DNA of 64,000 nucleotides from a virus: IMG/VR virus record IMGVR_UViG_3300043449_002563, positions 5,492 to 69,491 of that record; one strand, 5' to 3'. Shown piece by piece: positions 58,357 to 64,000 of this stretch (position 1 is its first letter; each line of letters starts with the position of its first letter). The notes under the pieces were generated by a model. It saw only the letters and a program-made list of their open reading frames with translations, ran no database searches and was not told where the DNA came from. The position numbers and the translations under genes were made by a program.

Positions 58357-60270
58357 ATGCGTAAAAATAAAAAAGTTGCTAGAAAAACCAAGGTTGAAAC
58401 CGAAGTTCAAGCCCCAGTAAAAAAAACTGCTGGTAATTTTCACATAGAATTCAAAAACCAAGCACAAAAAGATGCTTGGAAAACTATTGAAAAAAATGAA
58501 ATTACATTCCTTATAGGACCAGCTGGATCTGCTAAAAGTTTTATTAGCAGCGCTTTTGCCTGTAGCGCTATTTTGACAAAACGGCAAAAGAAGATTCTGC
58601 TCACTAGACCTATTGTTGAGGCTACCGCTTCAATCGGTTTTTTACCGGGTTGTCAACCTTTTTCACAAAAAATAGCCACTCCAAGTGGCTGGACCACTAT
58701 GGGTGAGATAAAAATTGGAGACAGAGTTATTGGCAGGGATGGTATGCCAACAGAAGTGTTAGGCATTTATCCCAAGGGCGAAAAAGATACTTATAAAGTA
58801 ACCACATTTGATGAAACTTCAACGATTTGCTGTGCGGATCATCTTTGGTATACTCAAACAAGAGAAGAAAAAAATAAAAATCAACAAGGACAAGTAAGAG
58901 TAACTAGAGATATTATTTCTGATTTAGAAAATGGTGTAAAGCATTTCCTTCCTAGAAATGAACCAGTGCATTTTGATAAAAAAGAATTGCCAATTGCTCC
59001 TTATACATTAGGAGTTTTATTGGGAGATGGGCATACAGAAAAAACGCATGTGAGATTTGCCAGTGCCGACCAAGAAATTGTAGACAGGGTAAATAATGAA
59101 ATTAAACCCTTTGGTTTATATTGTCAACAGGCTAAAAAGCAATATAGTAAAGCTTGGGTTTACACGCTATCAAGTATAGATGGATGTTGGCAAGGGGCAA
59201 GGCCTGTAAAAATTACTGAAGTTGATACAAATAATGTTTACTTTTTTTCAAGTAATAAACAAGCACTTGATTTTGAAAAATGCAAAAAGAAAACTTTGTC
59301 TACTAGAGTTTTTTACGGTGCTGTTGTAGACGGTTACAAATACGAAAAACACGGAGAACCTTGGAATAATCCTATTTTGAAGTGTTTGCAAAATTATGAC
59401 TTACATCATAAAAAGGCATGGGATAAATTTATTCCTGATGATTACAAATATTCAAGTATCCAAGACAGAATTGATATCTTAAGGGGTCTTTGCGATACAG
59501 ATGGGCATTGTCGAGAAAGAAGTAAAGACCAAGTAACATTCTATACTACATCGATAAGGCTAGCAGAAGATGTAGTAGAAATAGTCAGGTCTTTAGGCGG
59601 CAAAGCCAAATTGAGAAGCCGAGATAGAAGAAATGAAAATAATAGGAATATTGTTGCCAGAAGAATTTCATATGAAGTTTCAATATCCATGCCTGATAAT
59701 ATTAATCCTTTTTATTTAAAAAGGAAAGCTGAAAGGTTTAAAGGGAAAAATGTTTCACATCTTGAGATAATTTCAATAGAAAAAGTCGGGCATGAAAAAG
59801 TCCAATGTATTAAAGTTGACAACCCTGAGCATTTGTATTTGACGGACAACTTTATTGTCACCCACAATACATTTGAAGAAAAGGTAAATCCCTACATAAC
59901 ACCAATTTATGACGCTTTAGATGAATTGGTTGGTCCTGTTGGATTCCAAAGAGAATTAATTAACAAATGCATTCAAATAAGGCCGCTAAATTACATGAGA
60001 GGTTGTAATTTTAACGACGCTATTTGTTTGCATGATGAAGCTCAAAACAATGATTTTAAGAGTTTGTTGCTTTACATTACTCGCCTTGGCAGAAACAGCA
60101 AGATGATTATAAACGGCGATCCGGATCAGTGTGACATTAAAAACAGTGCTCTTATGGATGTGATTCGCAAACTAGAGGGTTTGGAAGGAATTGGGGTTGT
60201 AAGATTTGGCTCTGAAGATATAGTTAGAAATCCTCTTATTAGTCAAATATTAGATAGACTGAAAGATTAG
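58357..60270 (+). CDS. phoH: PhoH-family ATPase containing an intein
   Basis: GPAGSAKS, LTRPIVE, IGFLPG / TFEEKVNPY, YMRG, DEAQN, TRLG, GDPDQCD, DIVRNPL. Confidence 0.93.
   Translation: MRKNKKVARKTKVETEVQAPVKKTAGNFHIEFKNQAQKDAWKTIEKNEITFLIGPAGSAKSFISSAFACSAILTKRQKKILLTRPIVEATASIGFLPGCQPFSQKIATPSGWTTMGEIKIGDRVIGRDGMPTEVLGIYPKGEKDTYKVTTFDETSTICCADHLWYTQTREEKNKNQQGQVRVTRDIISDLENGVKHFLPRNEPVHFDKKELPIAPYTLGVLLGDGHTEKTHVRFASADQEIVDRVNNEIKPFGLYCQQAKKQYSKAWVYTLSSIDGCWQGARPVKITEVDTNNVYFFSSNKQALDFEKCKKKTLSTRVFYGAVVDGYKYEKHGEPWNNPILKCLQNYDLHHKKAWDKFIPDDYKYSSIQDRIDILRGLCDTDGHCRERSKDQVTFYTTSIRLAEDVVEIVRSLGGKAKLRSRDRRNENNRNIVARRISYEVSISMPDNINPFYLKRKAERFKGKNVSHLEIISIEKVGHEKVQCIKVDNPEHLYLTDNFIVTHNTFEEKVNPYITPIYDALDELVGPVGFQRELINKCIQIRPLNYMRGCNFNDAICLHDEAQNNDFKSLLLYITRLGRNSKMIINGDPDQCDIKNSALMDVIRKLEGLEGIGVVRFGSEDIVRNPLISQILDRLKD
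58651..59868 (+). mobile_element. 406-aa intein with LAGLIDADG endonuclease
   Basis: Starts CQPFSQKIATPSGW, block B CCADHLW, LGVLLGDG and LRGLCDTDG, ends FIVTHN followed by Thr. Confidence 0.92.
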
Positions 60271-60359
60271 TATCTTTGGCGTCGATATTCTATATAATAA
60301 TAGGATATGAATGCAAATAAATTATATATAATTGAAACCTTTAGCAGTAGGTGTTTTTA

Positions 60360-63300
60360 ATGCCTACTTGTTTGAGTAATTCCGGTTTTACATACGGTTA
60401 TGCGGTTACCGCATTATCAAGTCCAGCAGATGGTTATTCATTTAGCGGCGATGGCGGATCTGGCATAGATGGAATTTTGCGAATTGATTTTGTTTGTGCA
60501 TCCGGTAATGTTGATGTTTCTTGTACCAATAATAGCGCTGAAACATTAAATGTATTTCTAAATGGTAATTTATACGATTTTATTCCGCCAAGTTCAACCT
60601 TTAATAATACTTTCGCTATGGTCAACGGCGATTATGTTGAAATTGCGTATCCATTTTCAAATTATACTGCCGGCGACATTTCTGGAACAATACAGCTTTC
60701 ACCAGCTACTCCTACACCTACAGTGACTGGTGCTGGCCCTACGGCTACTCCAACGCCATCGCCATCTGCAAGTCCAAGCGCAGCTACTGCGAGTCCGACA
60801 CCTAGTCCATCTGCAAGTCCAAGCGCAGCTACTGCGAGTCCGACACCTAGTCCATCTGCAAGCCCTTCAGGAGGAACGCCTACCCCTTCCCCTTCTGCCA
60901 CTTTTGCACCTTTGCCAACACCTCTACCAACTGGATTAACATTATATAATTGGGGATATAATACTTCGCAACAATTAGGAAACAATAGTACGGCGAATGC
61001 TAGTAGCCCCGTTCAACTGGGAGCTTCTGATTTATGGCAATCAGCAAATTTTTCCCAAATAAACGGTTGTTTTATAAGAACAGCTAATAGAAGTTTGTGG
61101 CTTACTGGTGCAAACAATAATGGACAGCTCGCACAGAATTCACAAACAAGTTTCGGTTCACCTGTACAGGAAATAACTAATTCAAGTTGGAATTCTGCTG
61201 TTCCCGGCTTCGGGTTTTTCTTGGGAATTAAATCTAATTATACTCTGTGGAGTTGTGGTGACAATACTTATGGCCAGCTAGGCAATAATAAATCTGTATC
61301 AGCAAGTTCTCCTGTACAAGAATCAAGAGGATTTGCTGATTGGGTGTTCATAGAATCTGGATATAGAAGTTCTTATGGAATAAGAAATAATGGCACCCTG
61401 TGGGCTTGGGGATCAAATAGTTATGGCTGTTTGGGTATAAATGACGATACGATTGCATCAGTTTCTACACCTGTGCAAGTAGGTACTGACAACACTTGGG
61501 AAGAATTAAGCTCGGCAAACTATTTTTGCATAGCAACAAAAACAGATGGCACCTTGTGGGGATGGGGTTACAACAACTTTGGACAGCTTGGTTTATCGAA
61601 CAAACTGTCTCGTAGTAGTCCTGTGCAAATTGGTACTTCAACATCATGGTCTAAAGTTAAGGTTGACTATAATGTTGCTTATGCTTTAAAAAATGACGGT
61701 AGTCTTTGGGGATGGGGTGCTAATGGATACGGCAACCTAAATCAAAATAACGTTTTGGATCGTAGCTCGCCTGTACAAGCAATGTCTTCCTGTATTGACT
61801 TTAGTGTGGGTTTTACTAATTTTATTGCAATAAATACAAGCAATGACTTGTTTGCATGTGGCAACAATATATATGGTAGTTTTGGACAAACAAATGCAAG
61901 CACAAGCAGTATTACACAGATAATATCTAGCAAAAAATGGTATGCTTTAAGTGGTTATACTGGGGGTAATTTTACTGCTACTTTCGGAGGTTTTGCAGTT
62001 GCAAATTCCACAACCCCTACCCCCACTGGATCACCAACACCGCAACCTACAAATAGTCCTACGCCAGTGCCAACTGGTTCCCCTACTCCTCAACCCACAA
62101 ATTCACCCTCTCCACAACCGACTAATAGCCCCACACCTAGTCCTTCGACTAGTCCTAATGTTACTGCTTCACCAACGCCGAGCCCGTCTAATAGTCTTAG
62201 TCCGACGCCATCTCCTTCGCCTTCACCTAGTGTAACACCAAGTCCAACACCAAGTCCTTCGCCTTCACCAAGTGTAACTTCAAGTCCAACACCAAGTCCT
62301 TCGCCTTCACCAAGTGTAACTTCAAGTCCAACACCCAGTCCTAGCCCTAGTCCTAGTGAATCTCCAACGCCGACTCCCAGCCCGAGTTTTACTCTTTCTC
62401 CTACTTTAACACCAAGTCCCACGCCTACTCCGTCGCCAACTCCTCCTATGGAATTATGGTTGTGGGGTTCCAACAGCGGAGGTGGTCTTGGCGATAATAG
62501 TATTGCAAATAAGAGTTCTCCAGTTCAGACTGTAGCAAGAGGTAGTAATTGGGTATCGGTATCGGGTTCTGCAGACACTATTTCAGACGGTGAAACATTA
62601 AGTGCTGGTATTAAGTCGGACGGAACCCTCTGGATTTGGGGGTTCAATTACAACGGTGCCTTGGGAACAAATGCTGCTGGCAGCAGATCTAGCCCCGTAC
62701 AAACTGTTGCTGGCGGCACAAATTGGAGATCCGTAGCATGCTCTGAAACCAACTACTCAATAGCAACTAAGACGGACGGAACTTTATGGGGTTGGGGCAG
62801 CAACGGAAGCGGCCAATTAGGCCAAAATGATACTGCCCACAGGTCTAGTCCCGTTTTGATAAGCGCAGATGCATCGTGGACATCTAATATTGCTGTAGGA
62901 TCGTCTTTTAGTTTGGCTATCAAAAATGATGGCACTTTGTGGGGTACTGGTTTAAATTCTACAAACAAACAGTTTGTAACAACATTTGTAAACACATCTT
63001 CAATAGTACAAGTAGGAACAAATAATAACTGGTCACAAATTACAGCAGGCGGTCAGTTTGTCACTGGTATACAAAATAATGGCACTTTGTGGTCTTGGGG
63101 AAACAACCTTTATGGAAAAATTGGAAACAATACTGGCACCGGCATTTATTCTAGCCCTGTACAGATAGGAAGCAATACAAATTGGTCTAAAGTTGTAAAC
63201 GGACTAAATCATACAATAGCATTGAAATCTGATGGCACGATTTGGACTTGGGGCAGAAACAATAATGGCCAATTAGGCGATGGAACAGTTATATTAAGAA

Positions 63301-64000
63301 GTAGCCCAGTACAAATTGGAATCGGTACCGACTGGATTGATGTTTCGGCGGGAGCAACATTTTCATATGCACTAAAGTCTGATTATACCTTGTGGCTTTG
63401 GGGATTAAATGATAGAGGTCAATTAGGGCAAAATAATTTAGTATCTTACAGCAGTCCTGTGCAGACAATAGCCGCATCTACAAGGTGGCTATTATTGGGA
63501 ACCGGATTTAGCAGATCTTTTGCACAGGCCTTAGCTGAGCCTTTGCCAACACCTAGTCCTTCACCTAGTCCTAGTGTAACTGCAAGTCCAACACCGAGTC
63601 CGTCACCTTCACCTAGCGTTACGGCAAGTCCAACACCGAGTCCTTCTCCTAGTCCTAGTGTAACCGCTTCTCCAACACCAAGTCCTTCACCTAGTCCTAG
63701 TGTAACTGCAAGTCCTACACCGAGTCCTTCACCTAGTCCTAGTGTAACTGCAAGTCCTACACCGAGTCCTTCACCTAGTCCTAGTGTAACTGCAAGTCCT
63801 ACACCGAGTCCTTCACCTTCACCTAGCGTTACGGCAAGTCCAACACCAAGTCCTTCGCCAAGTCCTAGTGTAACTGCAAGTCCAACACCAAGTCCTTCGC
63901 CAAGTCCTAGTGTAACTGCAAGTCCAACACCAAGTCCTTCACCATCACCTAGCGTTACGGCAAGTCCAACACCGAGTCCTTCTCCTAGTCCTAGTGTAAC
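60360..64000 (+). CDS. Large RCC1-like repeat protein with Pro/Ser/Thr linkers; runs off the window (absent from ORF track)
   Basis: ATG 60360 after AGGT SD; MPTCLSNSG..., two blocks of DGTLWxWGxNxxGQLG repeats; same frame at spot checks to the window end. Confidence 0.85.
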   Translation, partial: MPTCLSNSGFTYGYAVTALSSPADGYSFSGDGGSGIDGILRIDFVCASGNVDVSCTNNSAETLNVFLNGNLYDFIPPSSTFNNTFAMVNGDYVEIAYPFSNYTAGDISGTIQLSPATPTPTVTGAGPTATPTPSPSASPSAATASPTPSPSASPSAATASPTPSPSASPSGGTPTPSPSATFAPLPTPLPTGLTLYNWGYNTSQQLGNNSTANASSPVQLGASDLWQSANFSQINGCFIRTANRSLWLTGANNNGQLAQNSQTSFGSPVQEITNSSWNSAVPGFGFFLGIKSNYTLWSCGDNTYGQLGNNKSVSASSPVQESRGFADWVFIESGYRSSYGIRNNGTLWAWGSNSYGCLGINDDTIASVSTPVQVGTDNTWEELSSANYFCIATKTDGTLWGWGYNNFGQLGLSNKLSRSSPVQIGTSTSWSKVKVDYNVAYALKNDGSLWGWGANGYGNLNQNNVLDRSSPVQAMSSCIDFSVGFTNFIAINTSNDLFACGNNIYGSFGQTNASTSSITQIISSKKWYALSGYTGGNFTATFGGFAVANSTTPTPTGSPTPQPTNSPTPVPTGSPTPQPTNSPSPQPTNSPTPSPSTSPNVTASPTPSPSNSLSPTPSPSPSPSVTPSPTPSPSPSPSVTSSPTPSPSPSPSVTSSPTPSPSPSPSESPTPTPSPSFTLSPTLTPSPTPTPSPTPPMELWLWGSNSGGGLGDNSIANKSSPVQTVARGSNWVSVSGSADTISDGETLSAGIKSDGTLWIWGFNYNGALGTNAAGSRSSPVQTVAGGTNWRSVACSETNYSIATKTDGTLWGWGSNGSGQLGQNDTAHRSSPVLISADASWTSNIAVGSSFSLAIKNDGTLWGTGLNSTNKQFVTTFVNTSSIVQVGTNNNWSQITAGGQFVTGIQNNGTLWSWGNNLYGKIGNNTGTGIYSSPVQIGSNTNWSKVVNGLNHTIALKSDGTIWTWGRNNNGQLGDGTVILRSSPVQIGIGTDWIDVSAGATFSYALKSDYTLWLWGLNDRGQLGQNNLVSYSSPVQTIAASTRWLLLGTGFSRSFAQALAEPLPTPSPSPSPSVTASPTPSPSPSPSVTASPTPSPSPSPSVTASPTPSPSPSPSVTASPTPSPSPSPSVTASPTPSPSPSPSVTASPTPSPSPSPSVTASPTPSPSPSPSVTASPTPSPSPSPSVTASPTPSPSPSPSVTASPTPSPSPSPSV
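60762..60862 (+). repeat. 45-nt coding repeat x2 ([15 protein letters not shown])
   Basis: Direct repeat read from sequence. Confidence 0.85.
62215..62345 (+). repeat. 42-nt coding repeat x~3 ([10 protein letters not shown](S/P)SPT)
   Basis: ccaagtgtaacttcaagtccaacacc repeated. Confidence 0.85.
63552..64000 (+). repeat. 42-nt coding tandem repeat, >10 copies ([14 protein letters not shown]), continues past window
   Basis: Unit ccgagtccttcacctagtcctagtgtaactgcaagtcctaca with synonymous variants. Confidence 0.95.

Noticed and set aside
60307-60360. 17-codon ORF before the last RCC1 gene, and a weak hairpin over its SD/ATG
   Set aside because: Too short and AT-rich to support; the stem depends on G-U pairs
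63552-64000. Possible CRISPR array
   Set aside because: Contiguous in-frame repeats with synonymous variation and no unique spacers; no cas genes seen
1-64000. Eukaryotic giant virus or bacterial chromosome origin; tRNA or rRNA genes
   Set aside because: SD sites, sigma factor, bS21/IF3 and T4-like replication genes amid many orphan ORFs favour a phage, although no capsid or terminase gene is in the window; no tRNA cloverleaf or rRNA was recognised by eye

Overview
This AT-rich, gene-dense 64 kb window most likely comes from a large (jumbo-type) tailed dsDNA bacteriophage using the standard code. It carries a T4-style replication/recombination set (gp41-like helicase, UvsY-like, gp32-like SSB, RecA/UvsX) paired with a bacterial-type C-family polymerase (DnaE). 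The dnaE gene is split into separate ORFs without an intein, and its 5' part is also broken by a 40-nt GC-rich hairpin insert with a stop codon and frame change inside the HxHT(D/E)YSLLDG motif. This is the most unusual signal here: it needs bypassing, frameshifting, splicing or coupled re-initiation, or else the gene is damaged. Other content: nucleotide metabolism (ThyX, dCMP deaminase, dNMP kinase, dUTPase, intein-bearing PhoH); translation and chaperone genes (bS21, IF3, GroES, DnaJ, a degenerate peptide deformylase); a complete PrkA/YeaG-YeaH-SpoVR trio; HldE with several glycosyltransferases and a sulfotransferase; giant modular RCC1-repeat proteins with Pro/Ser/Thr linkers at both ends; and many small ORFs sharing a T4 capsid-targeting-like N-terminus. 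Many genes appear leaderless, sitting directly behind a TA(T/G/A)ATA or sigma70 -10 motif. A candidate ~160-nt structured RNA with an H-type pseudoknot lies between two paralogous small genes. All calls come from reading motifs by eye; no database searches were run.
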